DNA from: Methanococcus maripaludis
GTDB lineage: Archaea > AGJL01 > Methanococci > Methanococcales > Methanococcaceae
Assembly (NCBI RefSeq): GCF_002945325.1
Contig: NZ_CP026606.1
Location: forward strand, 1,500,001-1,532,000
Direction: 5' to 3'
DNA length: 32,000 nucleotides
Shown here: positions 10,401 through 20,055 of the stretch, in pieces
How positions within the stretch are numbered: position 1 is the first letter of the stretch
How the letters are laid out: the number at the start of each line of letters is the position of its first letter
Made by a program: the position numbers and the translations under genes
Notes under the pieces: model-generated
What the model was told of the DNA's origin: nothing
Seen by the model: only the letters and a program-made list of their open reading frames with translations
Database searches by the model: none

Positions 10401-11972
10401 ACCCATCCAGCATTCTTCGTATACGCAGTCTTCAAGTTCAATTGTCAAATTTCTTTCGTTGCAGTATGCAAATTCAACGGTGTCATATCTAAATTCATCG
10501 TAGCATTCGCATTTATCATCAACTACAGCGTATACTTCGTAGCATCCTGAGTCGAAATCACAGAATTTGTTTGTTGTAAAGGTCCAATCAGGCATTGTAG
10601 CAGATGTGGATCCTAAGTATACCATATCGCTTAAATTTTTTTCATTGATGTAATTATCGTGGTCTTCAGGGACTCCACAGATACATTCTGAAACTCCGTC
10701 TCCAAGATCTTCATTTGATGGATATCCGCAGTCTGGACAGAAGTATCCTGTAACTATTCCACCACAGCTACCACATACGATTGGATCCATTTCTGCACCG
10801 CAGTTTGGACAGATATTTTCAGCTAACTCTCGAGGTTCTTCTGCATCGAGTGTTATGATTTCTCCATCGCACACATTGCATGCAGGACAGCAAGCTCCAT
10901 CACAAAGTGTGAAGTTTCCTGTTTTTACTGCATAAAAGTCAATTTTTTGTGCAGCATTGCATGGATCGTTTAATTTACCTGAAAAGGTAATTGGCCCGCA
11001 AAGTGTCATACCACATTCTGGTGAAAGTGGTGCAGGGCATTCTATTTCAAAGCATACCTCTTCCCTTATAATTTCGAGGCATCCTACGTATTCGTCTCCA
11101 ATTTGTACACCATTGTATGTACAGTCATCGGTACAGTCTGCGTAAGGTGTAGCCGTTATTACATAGACTCCTCCGCAGTATAAGTTGTTAAATAATACGT
11201 CAAAAGTGTAGTTGCAGCACATTGCACTTTCGAAGTCTTCTCTATCTACGATGTATGTCATAGTAGGCATACATTCATCTACAGGGCATCTTGGAGTACA
11301 AGTGCCTTCTCCCATATATTCTGCAGTTATTATTATGTAATCAACGCATTCGCAGGATTCATTTAAACATCCTCCGATAACCCCTCCACAGGAAAGTGAT
11401 TCTGGAAGGTCTAAGTTTACAGCAACCCCTTTATCGAAGCATACGTAAACAGGCTCTGAAGGGCAGCCTACCTGTAAATCACATGCATCATAGAGTACTG
11501 TTCTTAATACATAACAGCCATCTGGTTCACAACAGATAGGCCAATCTAAACTCCATTCAGCAGGACAATATCCTTCTAAAGTGCTATCAACACCTGCAAG
11601 GCTCCATCCTTCTCCGTTATCTGCTGCAGGATTACCGCATTCGCAGTAAAGTTCGCAGTCACAGCAGTAAGGGCTTAATTGTTTATAATATACTTTTACG
11701 TAGTCCGCACATCCCAAATCATCATTATAGCATGGTACGATTGTCCCGGTAATTGGAACTTCATCACACCACGTGGATGCGCATTCTGGTGAAGTAATAC
11801 TAACGTTAAAACATCTATCGTCAGTGCAGTTACAGTCTATAATTATGGTACCTGAACCACCGTTACATGTGCAATCACTTAAAGTGGTAGTATCAGATGC
11901 CATAACACCCCCCATATTTGAGAGAACCATAACAAGTACTAAAAATAGTGCCTGTCCTGATTTTTTATTCAC
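7482..11972 (-). CDS. Giant cysteine-rich secreted/surface protein with repeated Ig-like modules and an embedded zinc-ribbon-like segment
   Basis: 1496 aa, N-terminal MNKKSGQALFLVLVMVLSNMGGVMA signal. About 110 Cys by eye. Repeated modules (I.P..G.TVC....V.G, DG.Y.I.A......C). C-terminal GWNLVGVNTY...YWAYSDSECNFAGQ domain and GTG start with an AGGGGTG SD. Confidence 0.85.
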   Translation of the reverse strand: MNKKSGQALFLVLVMVLSNMGGVMASDTTTLSDCTCNGGSGTIIIDCNCTDDRCFNVSITSPECASTWCDEVPITGTIVPCYNDDLGCADYVKVYYKQLSPYCCDCELYCECGNPAADNGEGWSLAGVDSTLEGYCPAEWSLDWPICCEPDGCYVLRTVLYDACDLQVGCPSEPVYVCFDKGVAVNLDLPESLSCGGVIGGCLNESCECVDYIIITAEYMGEGTCTPRCPVDECMPTMTYIVDREDFESAMCCNYTFDVLFNNLYCGGVYVITATPYADCTDDCTYNGVQIGDEYVGCLEIIREEVCFEIECPAPLSPECGMTLCGPITFSGKLNDPCNAAQKIDFYAVKTGNFTLCDGACCPACNVCDGEIITLDAEEPRELAENICPNCGAEMDPIVCGSCGGIVTGYFCPDCGYPSNEDLGDGVSECICGVPEDHDNYINEKNLSDMVYLGSTSATMPDWTFTTNKFCDFDSGCYEVYAVVDDKCECYDEFRYDTVEFAYCNERNLTIELEDCVYEECWMGNDCYRVYDIQSGTVTAFGNISVPTCWIDYPDYVDLEYDFGHMVRVDRCQWYIEWDNCWKDASCTESSITWTYEGACLKSGTWETDWCTPEDIQDEEGRYVRIRGVAEGGCGEFESEPIGTSIYNDFDIEIIDPCEGNTIYNGKVIRGFVWVDADCCGWWCWPDTDDVCLPDHVDLYWREYGSENWLPMDSAFLNWKNSEQYIDFTDYGIDPLYPNLPNFNWWDHYAYWDVTWSSCMVNCIDNGHYEIKAVVEPCENDECGDFERAEYVMDVYVDDTSGVSISKPIDGQTVCDNFWVYGTAVGAGVSNVDFYVSEDNTSWTLYKEDIDVNVEDGRWKAPLNTCCFEDGPLYLKAVVTGPCDQSESNVMVNVNNAVEIDLTCPDCCVYYVTGDKAPIRGTLTGCLVDERVESVKVYSASLGLLGEVPAEDFRYIGDGTWEWGLCFNPCILNGASTQIYAEAEYSCGNTYTTITTGYECIQYDSNLVMVDITGPGAEPKVAGTTTIEGTAECACLDYLEFEYRKICEPTGEPMGDWTNFPGVSVIYLPTTCDCEGMEWTIDLNTCTMDGLYEIRVSAYGWPCQGAIASDTDMIDVDNNFGITLITPAVNSGVKSGTIEVGGTVENCPVIDTIELWYVDEGVPGMITDEITCSDGLWSYMFDTTILEDGCYCLVAYAFDEDCNNMEATDTRAICIENGGIPVINDTNTTVDRECVKILNACYEPCNTLKVTFNDTVSINDSYDPASPLDGFDIIGGSFGTGATMAESAINDHMIIITLGSSSNIITNTTEISIKINQTAILGPHGFPIVDCSAELKGISEAAESTGSIEIENLKMFSVPGKVDTAQMVADSGITSGSFVKFTDGQWELASGFEPLEGYVYIGTCEGSMPIYTVPLTATDTPPEIQLCCGWNLVGVNTYGGSLDPVLCSDFTGGYPSITKVLEFSPSGWIKLNGGSQVIPTYAYWAYSDSECNFAGQ

Positions 11973-12263
11973 AAAAACACCCCTGTTTTCATATTAAATA
12001 TATCTAAATGACCAATATATGGAGTAACCTCTAAGCAAGTTTTGATATACTATCGAAAACTAAAAATTCCCCCGAATTTTAATATGTTTTCAAAATACTC
12101 CAATATCCATAACTGGTCACAAAATTCTAGTTAAATACTTTCGTATTTATCCCAAACAATGTTCTAAATTTTATTTCGTCTTATTATGACCTTTACGATG
12201 AAATGTTTACGGCATTTTACGCGCCCCTCTTCTTATTCCCCGAACAAAACTATGTTAAATAAA

Positions 12264-12279
12264 CTTTTTAAACCTTTCG
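12264..12279 (-). promoter_or_regulatory. Candidate BRE/TATA promoter element (CGAAAGGTTTAAAAAG on the minus strand)
   Basis: Matches the archaeal BRE (purine-AAA) plus TTTAWATA-like TATA arrangement. A G-start site lies about 23-25 nt downstream near 12245, facing the giant surface gene. Confidence 0.45.
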
Positions 12280-12598
12280 AAATTATAATTTTTAAAATAA
12301 AGGTCTAAAAAATGTTAATTAAAAGATTAAACTTAAAATTTAGATTTAAAGTTAAATTAAATTTATAAAAAATTATAATTTAATTATTAAATGTATAAAA
12401 ATAGATTAAACATAATATTCCCAATTATAAAGTTTATGATATATAATTAATCTTAAATAATCGGGATTTAACTGTTTTTAAGCACTTAAAATAGTTTTTG
12501 AAAAACAAAATTTTTTCGAAAAAACAACCTAAAAAAGAATAAAATCGGGTTTTTTAGAAATTTACATATTAATTAGTTATTATTAACAAAATAAATGA

Positions 12599-13714
12599 TT
12601 ATTTTTTCTTTAATTTTAAATTAGGCTTTTTTGTAACAAGCGGGATTCTTTCAACTTCTAATTTATCAGATGTTGGGTAATATTCTGATATATACGCACT
12701 GAATTTAAAATCAAAGTTATTTTCTTTCAACTGATCTATTAAATCTTCTAAAATTTCTGGATTTAATAATATCCTATCATTTAAAAGCTCAAATTCTACA
12801 TCATTTTCTTTTAATATCTCAAGTACTTCTGAAACGTTTTCGATATCTTTAAAATTAATAGTTCCTTTTAATAAAAGGCCTTCTTCCGTAATTTCTTCGT
12901 AAGGCTTTGCAACGTTTCTCGCACGATTTATAAGCCGGTTTTTCATCTGAACACTGTCTTTTAATGAAGAAGGGCAGAAATGAATTATCATATTTCCTGT
13001 AAAATTGTCAATCACATATTTTGCAGTTTCAAAACTTCCTGAAATTCTGGATGTTGTATCATCTTTTTCAGAAAATCCTCTATCAATTAAAGCTTGATAG
13101 TTGGTTTCAGAATATTCGAGTTCATTGATATTTAAGAATTTTACGCCGATTTTATCGATTTCAAGGGCTAAATCTAAAATTTCTTTTTCAAAATTTGGAA
13201 TTCCTGGAATTTCAACTCCAACATCTTTAATATATTTTTTACAGAGTTTCAATTTTTTTAAAAAGTCCAATTTATCAAAATTTTCAAAATCATTGAATAG
13301 TTTTGATGAATGAAGCCTGATTTCATCAAGGTTTGCATCTTTTAAAAGCTTTAAATTTTCTTCATTGACAAATTTTGGTGTTGTGTAAAGATGTGCATGG
13401 AAATCCTTTCCAAAGTGTTCTTTCAAAGCTTTTAAATATTCAACAGTTCTTTCAATTCTTAAAAGCGGATTTCCACCTGTTATTCCAACACCTTTACTTC
13501 CGCAAAGATATGCTTCTTCAATCGCTTCTTCAATCGAATTGATTTGTTTTTCATTTGCAAAAATTACATCCTTTTTTTTCCTTTTTTCCGAAAGCGGGCA
13601 GTAGTAACAGGATTCTTCACAGAGTCCTGTAATATATAAAACCAGCTTTTCTCCTTTTATGCAGTATTTACAGCCCAATGCCATATTTTTTTCGTTTAAA
13701 TTTGATAAATCCAT
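12599..13714 (-). CDS. Uncharacterised radical SAM protein
   Basis: CEESCYYC (CX3CX2C) cluster motif, GGNPLL glycine-rich motif, extra N-terminal CKYC. 371 aa. Confidence 0.85.
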   Translation of the reverse strand: MDLSNLNEKNMALGCKYCIKGEKLVLYITGLCEESCYYCPLSEKRKKKDVIFANEKQINSIEEAIEEAYLCGSKGVGITGGNPLLRIERTVEYLKALKEHFGKDFHAHLYTTPKFVNEENLKLLKDANLDEIRLHSSKLFNDFENFDKLDFLKKLKLCKKYIKDVGVEIPGIPNFEKEILDLALEIDKIGVKFLNINELEYSETNYQALIDRGFSEKDDTTSRISGSFETAKYVIDNFTGNMIIHFCPSSLKDSVQMKNRLINRARNVAKPYEEITEEGLLLKGTINFKDIENVSEVLEILKENDVEFELLNDRILLNPEILEDLIDQLKENNFDFKFSAYISEYYPTSDKLEVERIPLVTKKPNLKLKKK

Positions 13715-13834
13715 GAAAGCACCTTAAAAAACGGTAATTTTAATTTTGAAAATTTTAACAAAACACGAAATAATATTTTAAAAAATAGATATTAAAATTT
13801 AGTATTTATATTTATAGTTATAATTTATGTTAAT

Positions 13835-14806
13835 TTATAATTGGCTGAATTTTAATGATTTTTTGAGTACATCAACGTTTGTTTCACCGTATGACATTAA
13901 TTTTCCGGTTCTAAGATCGTTTATTGTAACAATTGCTGGAGCAAACATTCCTTTGTCAATTTTGTAGAAATCGTAGTTTGCTTCTTTGAATACATCTAAG
14001 AATGGTTTTCCGTAAGTTTCAGCGGAACAGGATGGTAGTGATTTGCATAAGTTTTCGATGTCGTCTCCTTCATCGCTTTTAACGTAGTAGAATGTTCTAC
14101 CGCCGTATAAAACCATGTCGTTTGTAGCGCCCATCATTTTCAAGTCGTCTCCGATTACTGGAGCAACTGGAGCAATACCTGCTGCAAATTTAACTTTTCT
14201 TACATCAAAGTGAAGAGCTTCTAACATTTTGTAGGTTCCGTTTTCTACAACTCTACCGCTGATTTGAACTGCTCCTACCATTGAAGCTGTTGGAGCAACG
14301 AGTAAATAAACTTTTGAAACATCTACGCCACATTTTTCAGCAACGTGGTCAGCAACGTTTTCATCTGGAAGTTGTGAAGATTCTAAACAAAGGATTGCAA
14401 CATCTGCTTCGTCTCTGTAGTCAATTTCTTCGTAGGTTGCTTTTGGCATCATTGCTAATGCTCTTGCAGGTCCTGAACCCATTGCGAAGTATTTTCCAAC
14501 ACTTACGCTCCATCCAGCTTTTTGTGAACCGAGTGTTGCGATTGCAGGGTGTGATGTTTTAATTTTTACGCATGGTAAAACGAGTTTGTTGTCAAGGGAT
14601 CCTGAAATGCTTATTCCAACGTGTGCAAGTCCACCAAGACAGATTTTTGTAAATAATTTACCTGCTTCAAAGCTTCCCATTACGTTTACACCACAGTCAA
14701 GTACTGTAGCTCCGTTTTCTAATTTAATTACTTCAATGTTTAAGTCTTCTTTTCTGCTGATCATTTCTTCAACAATTGGTAATGAAGCTAAATTTACACT
14801 AAGCAC
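13835..14806 (-). CDS. mch: Methenyltetrahydromethanopterin cyclohydrolase
   Basis: 323 aa with [49 protein letters not shown], typical of Mch. Confidence 0.95.
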   Translation of the reverse strand: MLSVNLASLPIVEEMISRKEDLNIEVIKLENGATVLDCGVNVMGSFEAGKLFTKICLGGLAHVGISISGSLDNKLVLPCVKIKTSHPAIATLGSQKAGWSVSVGKYFAMGSGPARALAMMPKATYEEIDYRDEADVAILCLESSQLPDENVADHVAEKCGVDVSKVYLLVAPTASMVGAVQISGRVVENGTYKMLEALHFDVRKVKFAAGIAPVAPVIGDDLKMMGATNDMVLYGGRTFYYVKSDEGDDIENLCKSLPSCSAETYGKPFLDVFKEANYDFYKIDKGMFAPAIVTINDLRTGKLMSYGETNVDVLKKSLKFSQL

Positions 14807-14987
14807 TGTTCCACCTTTTTTATATTCTATGTTTTTTAGACATTTTTTAATTTTTATAACTTTTGATTTGATTTAAAAAAATGCCCTTAAAAAGGCCAAT
14901 TTACAAAGTTAGTGTATAAACTGGGCCGATAATAAGATATATATATTATATCGATTATTTGATTGATAGTCACAGATGAAGTAGGAG

Positions 14988-15449
14988 TTGATTTTTTTGA
15001 TTACCAAAGGAGATACAATAAAAGTAGATTACACCGGCAGATTTGAAGAAGGGGAAGTTTTCGATACTTCCGTAGAAACAGTAGCAAAAGAAGAAGGAAT
15101 TTTTGAAGAAGGAAGACCATACATGCCTTTAGAGTTTACTGTTGGCGAAGGTCAGTTAATCCAAGGCTTTGAAGAAGCAGTTTTAGGCCTTAAAATTGGA
15201 GAAGAAGTAACTGTTACAATCCCTCCAGAAAAAGGATACGGATTTAGGGATGAATCATTAATCGAAAGAGTTCCAATTGAAGCATTCGATCAAGCAGACT
15301 TTGAACCTGAAGAAGGAATGGTAATTGTTGCTGGTGAAGAACCTGCGGTAATTTTAGAAGTTACTGATGAAGATGTCGCTCTTGACTTCAACCACGAATT
15401 AGCGGGAGAAACACTACAATTTACAATAAAAATTATAGAAAAACTTTAA
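14988..15449 (+). CDS. FKBP-type peptidyl-prolyl cis-trans isomerase, SlyD-like
   Basis: [59 protein letters not shown], plus an inserted-flap domain. The start is more likely TTG at 14997, 9 nt after the GGAG site. Confidence 0.92.
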   Translation: MIFLITKGDTIKVDYTGRFEEGEVFDTSVETVAKEEGIFEEGRPYMPLEFTVGEGQLIQGFEEAVLGLKIGEEVTVTIPPEKGYGFRDESLIERVPIEAFDQADFEPEEGMVIVAGEEPAVILEVTDEDVALDFNHELAGETLQFTIKIIEKL

Positions 15450-15505
15450 TTTTGCTATCTTAACAAAATTATGTCTTTTTTTAATATTTAGATTTTTAGA
15501 TACTT

Positions 15506-16237
15506 TTGGTGATTTTTATGGCTAGGACTAAAAAAGCTAATGACGAAGTAGCCACAGATTCTGATTCTTTGAAGTTAAAAGTTGCAAAACAAGCGGCAAA
15601 ACTTGTAAAAGATGAAATGGTCGTGGGAATTGGCTCAGGTTCAACTGCAAATCTTTTCATTCAGGAACTTGGAAAAAGGGTTGTTGAAGAAGAATTATAT
15701 ATCTACGGGGTACCTACATCTTTTGATTCAAGAATGATGGCAAGTAATTCTGGAATTCCTTTAATTTCACTTGATCAGTGTGGGGAAATTGACATTGCAA
15801 TAGATGGTGCAGATGAAGTCTGTAAAAAGACTCTTTCACTTATAAAAGGTGGCGGTGGATGCCACACAATGGAAAAAATTGTAGATTACCATGCAAAAGA
15901 GTTCGTTGTACTGGCTGATGAAGGAAAATTAGTTGAGTCATTAGGGGACAAAACAGCGGTACCTTTAGAAGTAATTCCTTTTGCATATTCTACAGTTTTA
16001 AACAAACTTTTGGATATGAACACTGCACCTGCAATTAGGTCAGGTTCTGGAAAAATGGGTCCTGTAATTACAGACAATGGAAACATGATTATTGATGTAT
16101 TCATCAATATTGAGGATGCAGAAGAAACTGAAACCATGTTAAACAATATTCCTGGTGTTTTAGAAAATGGAATATTTAGTAAATGTGATAAAGTGCTTGT
16201 TGGAACTTCTAAAAAAGTAGAAATACTCAAAAAATAA
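15506..16237 (+). CDS. rpiA: Ribose-5-phosphate isomerase A
   Basis: VGIGSGSTANLFI, DIAIDGADEV, LIKGGGGCHTMEKI. ATG start more likely at 15518. Confidence 0.95.
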   Translation: MVIFMARTKKANDEVATDSDSLKLKVAKQAAKLVKDEMVVGIGSGSTANLFIQELGKRVVEEELYIYGVPTSFDSRMMASNSGIPLISLDQCGEIDIAIDGADEVCKKTLSLIKGGGGCHTMEKIVDYHAKEFVVLADEGKLVESLGDKTAVPLEVIPFAYSTVLNKLLDMNTAPAIRSGSGKMGPVITDNGNMIIDVFINIEDAEETETMLNNIPGVLENGIFSKCDKVLVGTSKKVEILKK

Positions 16238-16379
16238 CGGAATTTCTGATAAATACTTTTTTTATTTCAATTTTTGAAGTAATACCTTAATCTTTAAATA
16301 GGATATCACTAAATCATATTATGCAATAGTTGAATTTACAGTTCTTTTTTATTTAAAACACGGCCAATGAGGTGAACCC

Positions 16380-16655
16380 ATGTTTAGCGCCAAAAAATTA
16401 TCTCCAGCAGATAAACTTAAAAATATTTCATCAATGCTCGAAGAAATCGTTGAAGATACAACAGTTCCTAGAAATATTCGTGCAGCAGCAGACAATGCAA
16501 AAAACGCACTACACAATGAAGAACAGGAATTAATTGTGAGAAGTGCAACTGCAATCCAATATCTTGATGACATCAGTGAAGATCCAAATATGCCAATTCA
16601 TACGAGAACCCAAATCTGGGGAATTGTAAGTGAACTTGAGACTATTAAAAATTAA
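16380..16655 (+). CDS. UPF0147 family protein
   Basis: 91 aa with LEEIVEDTTVPRNIRAAADNAKNAL, SEDPNMPIHTRTQIWGIVSELETIK. Preceded by a GAGGTG SD. Confidence 0.9.
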   Translation: MFSAKKLSPADKLKNISSMLEEIVEDTTVPRNIRAAADNAKNALHNEEQELIVRSATAIQYLDDISEDPNMPIHTRTQIWGIVSELETIKN

Positions 16656-16735
16656 TTAGAAAAAATGAATTTAAATAAATTTTAAATTTAAACTTTTTTT
16701 AAAATTTTTAGAATAGAGATTTATTTTATTTTATT

Positions 16736-17278
16736 TTATTTTAAATTGTTCATAATATAATTTAACTGTGCAACTTCTTCTAAAACTTCAGTTTTTATGT
16801 ATGCTTCAGTTATATCTTTACCCAATGTAACAATTCCATGGTTTTTTAATATAATTGAGTCTTCAAGGCATTTTGAAACATTTTCTGCAAGTTCTAAACT
16901 TCCGCATGGGAAATAGTCAACGTATGCTATTTTTTTAACAACCATTTCAGCTTCAGGAGTCACTAATTTTAGTTTTTTATCAAGTGTGGAAAATGCGGTG
17001 CAGTACATCGAGTGCGTGTGGACTACAGCATTTATCAAATCTTTATTTTGGTATATTTTTAAATGCATGTTTAATTCTGAAGTAGGTTTTCCTTTTATGA
17101 TATTTCCATTTAAATCAGCAATGCAGATGTCTTCTTTTGTTAAGAATCCTAAACTTAAACCCGTTGGTGTAATATATATTAAATTTCCATCCCGAATACT
17201 TACATTTCCCCCGGAACCAACAACGTATTTTCGATCGTATAATAAGCGGCATATTTTTATAAATTCAGTTAAATCCAT
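16736..17278 (-). CDS. Class II aldolase/adducin family protein (L-fuculose-phosphate aldolase-like)
   Basis: [37 protein letters not shown] zinc/active-site motifs. Confidence 0.88.
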   Translation of the reverse strand: MDLTEFIKICRLLYDRKYVVGSGGNVSIRDGNLIYITPTGLSLGFLTKEDICIADLNGNIIKGKPTSELNMHLKIYQNKDLINAVVHTHSMYCTAFSTLDKKLKLVTPEAEMVVKKIAYVDYFPCGSLELAENVSKCLEDSIILKNHGIVTLGKDITEAYIKTEVLEEVAQLNYIMNNLK

Positions 17279-17306
17279 AAAATCACCAAAAAAGAAAATT
17301 ATTATG

Positions 17307-19385
17307 TTATAAATTATTTAATTCAAAAGCTAAAGGAATTATTTCTTCAAGACGGGTAACTGGAATTACTTCGATTCCTTCTGGGTCGATAACGTCTTCA
17401 AAGTTAGATTGTGGAATGATTACTCTTTTAAATCCGTATTCTTTAGCAGCATTTATTTTTTCATTAACTCCACCAATTGCAAGAATTTCCCCGTTCAAAT
17501 CAAGACTTCCAGTAATACAGAAATCCTGTTTTAATGGTATATTTAGGAGTGATGAAATAATGCTTAAACATGCAGCGGCAGTTGCAGAGTCTCCATCAAT
17601 TTTCGAGTAAGATTGGCTGAACTGGATGTAGATTTCATGTTCTGCTAAATCGAGATCTTCTTTTGCAACTTCTCCTTTTGCTTTTGCAATGCTTAATGTT
17701 CCATCTGAAACAAGTTTTTTAGACAGTGCAGATGCTAAAGTGATGCTGTGTTTTGCAAGGTCTCCGCTAATGTTTAACAGGTTTGTTCGTGGATGTTTTG
17801 ATTTTACGATTTTAGTAATAATTTTTGTAACGTCTCCAAGTCCATCTGCACCTAAAACTGCAAGTCCGTGGATTACTCCTATTTTTGGTTTATCATTTGA
17901 TACGATATTTTTGTATCTTTTGAAGTTTTTCAGGTAATCGATTGCTACCTGTTTTGACATGCTGTATATTCCAGTGCTTATAATTTCATTGATGTGATCG
18001 AGTTCAATTACCCTATCGTCTTTTTCAAGAACTGGTGCTTTTGAAACAGGTTTTACTTCTTTTATAACTTCTTCACTTTTTTTAGGTTTTAATTTTCCAA
18101 CAACAGCCCTGATTTTTCGAGTATTTTTCTTTTCAGTAGGTTTAACTGCTTTCACAGTTACTTCAGGTTTTACTTCTTTTTCAGACATTTCTTCAATGCT
18201 TTCAGAAAGTTCTTTTCCTGTTGCAATATCGTTTGCCATTTTTATAATATTTGAGAGCTGTCTTAATCTTAAAGTGAGCTTATTTTTAGATCCTGATAAT
18301 AATTGTGCCATTCTGACAATTTCACAGCATGCTTCATAACTCATAGGTCTTAAATTATTATTTTCAAGCTCTTGAACGATAAACTGGAGTAATTTATCCC
18401 TATTTTCTTGATTATTGTCCATTTTATTTTTTAAAACAACTTTATAATCAATCCTGTCAAGTAGCGGTGCTCTTAAGTTGCTAGCATCGTCCATGTTTCC
18501 AGACATTATTAATGTAAGGTCGCAAGGTATCGGGTTGGTTTCAACTGAAGCACCGCTTGAATTAGGATTTCTACCGCTAATTGCAAGCTGTTTGTCCTGA
18601 AGTGCAGTTAATATATAATCCTGAACATCGACAGGCATGGTCTTAATTTCATCAACGTAAAGTATTCCCTTGTGTGCTTCGTGTATTGCACCAATAATTA
18701 CCCTTTTGTGTGGGGGCGTTCCAATTGGAGGTTTTCCACCAAGTGGACAGTGTTTAATGTCTCCAAGTAGTTTTGTAGTGTTGTAAGCGCTTGCTCTTAC
18801 AAGCGGTCTTTTTTTGCATTCGTAAAGTACTAATGGTTTTACGTCCGCAGGACTTACTGAATTTGGCATTGATGCTTTCGTAGCTCCAAATATATTCAGG
18901 AATAATATTAAAAATACCAATAATGACCCAATTACGGATATTGCTGCAATTACTGCAAATTTAGATGATGGATCAGACAATCCATTTAATATGTAGCTTA
19001 ATACAAGTGACGAGACAATGATTCCAAGTAAAAGTGTAAATATGCTTGGAGGCTGTCTCATTAATTTTGGACTTTCAATCTGGGCTGTTTCTTCTATCAT
19101 TCGCCCTTCTATTAAGTCAACTATTGGTTTTTCTGAATTTTTTATATTTGGTCTTGCAATCAAAGAGTATGGCTTAAAATCACTCGAATGTTCTAAAAGC
19201 TGACCGAAAGCTTTTACCATCATTGATTTACCAACACCTGGGTCTCCAAGTAGTAATGCATGTCTTTTATTTTTTACAGCACTCAATACTATTTTGACCG
19301 CTTCATCTTGTCCGATAACCTGATTTATTAGATTAGGGGATGGTTTTGGTAATTCGTCAGTCGTTTTAAATTGTACTGAAAACAT
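17307..19385 (-). CDS. lonB: Archaeal membrane ATP-dependent protease LonB
   Basis: AAA+ Walker [11 protein letters not shown]. Two TM segments between Walker motifs ([17 protein letters not shown] / [22 protein letters not shown]). Protease domain [19 protein letters not shown] and [14 protein letters not shown]. Confidence 0.93.
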   Translation of the reverse strand: MFSVQFKTTDELPKPSPNLINQVIGQDEAVKIVLSAVKNKRHALLLGDPGVGKSMMVKAFGQLLEHSSDFKPYSLIARPNIKNSEKPIVDLIEGRMIEETAQIESPKLMRQPPSIFTLLLGIIVSSLVLSYILNGLSDPSSKFAVIAAISVIGSLLVFLILFLNIFGATKASMPNSVSPADVKPLVLYECKKRPLVRASAYNTTKLLGDIKHCPLGGKPPIGTPPHKRVIIGAIHEAHKGILYVDEIKTMPVDVQDYILTALQDKQLAISGRNPNSSGASVETNPIPCDLTLIMSGNMDDASNLRAPLLDRIDYKVVLKNKMDNNQENRDKLLQFIVQELENNNLRPMSYEACCEIVRMAQLLSGSKNKLTLRLRQLSNIIKMANDIATGKELSESIEEMSEKEVKPEVTVKAVKPTEKKNTRKIRAVVGKLKPKKSEEVIKEVKPVSKAPVLEKDDRVIELDHINEIISTGIYSMSKQVAIDYLKNFKRYKNIVSNDKPKIGVIHGLAVLGADGLGDVTKIITKIVKSKHPRTNLLNISGDLAKHSITLASALSKKLVSDGTLSIAKAKGEVAKEDLDLAEHEIYIQFSQSYSKIDGDSATAAACLSIISSLLNIPLKQDFCITGSLDLNGEILAIGGVNEKINAAKEYGFKRVIIPQSNFEDVIDPEGIEVIPVTRLEEIIPLAFELNNL

Positions 19386-19397
19386 AATTCACCTGTT

Positions 19398-19949
19398 TTA
19401 TAATAAAAAAGAATCAATCTCTTCAATTAATATTTTTGAAAATTCATCTGCTTTTTCTTTGATTAATCCTGATAATGGTTCACCAAATTCAAGGTCTGTA
19501 GGTTCAATGCCTATAATTAATATTTCGGTATCAATATGGGCATTAATATATTTAATTATTATTGATAGCGGAAGCGAATGGGTTGAAAATCCAGTTTCGG
19601 AAATTTCATCGCTTTTTACAACCCTTAGTGTTCCAGGTTCCTGATGCATTAATGCAGCATCAACCATTATAATTTTGTCTGGATTTTCTCTTTTAATTAC
19701 ATCCGTGAAATTTTCTGGAACTACACCACAATTCATCAGTATTAATCTATTATTTACAGAATTTATTTCCTTTTCCAATGATAAATTCTCATGAGTTTTA
19801 GAATAATTTTTAACTAATGATTCGACGACATAAACGCCAAATCCGTCATCGCTTTTTAAATAGTTTCCAATACCAAGTATTGCAATTTTGTTGCTGTTAT
19901 TAATAAACGATTTAATAGTACCTTGGACACTTTCCAAAAATCTCACCAA
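19398..19949 (-). CDS. Hydrogenase maturation protease (HycI/FrhD-type)
   Basis: IAILGIGNYLKSDDGFGVYVVE, IIMVDAALMHQEPGTL, THSLPLSIIIKYI, ILIIGIEPTDLEFGEPLS. Confidence 0.88.
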   Translation of the reverse strand: MVRFLESVQGTIKSFINNSNKIAILGIGNYLKSDDGFGVYVVESLVKNYSKTHENLSLEKEINSVNNRLILMNCGVVPENFTDVIKRENPDKIIMVDAALMHQEPGTLRVVKSDEISETGFSTHSLPLSIIIKYINAHIDTEILIIGIEPTDLEFGEPLSGLIKEKADEFSKILIEEIDSFLL

Positions 19950-20055
19950 GTTTTATTCGAGGGGTTTATCTCTTCTATATATACTAGATAATTGATTACA
20001 GTACTATATATAAACTGCGTTTTATTTTAAAAATAATCTGATTAAGGGTGTTTTT

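Noticed and set aside
7828-11997. Multiple small plus-strand ORFs inside the giant protein gene
   Set aside because: All are antisense shadows of a 1496-codon ORF with signal peptide and repeated modules.
12290-12460. Repeated AT words (attaaactt, aaatttag, ttaaattaaattt) as an origin-like or repeat element
   Set aside because: It is simple AT-rich intergenic composition with no consistent unit, GC-rich ORB motif or neighbouring cdc6/orc1 gene.
15886-16230. Minus-strand 114-aa ORF
   Set aside because: Antisense to rpiA and not homologous to anything recognisable.
17307-19385. Intein in lonB
   Set aside because: The extra sequence between ATPase and protease is a low-complexity charged linker without intein splice motifs or an endonuclease domain.
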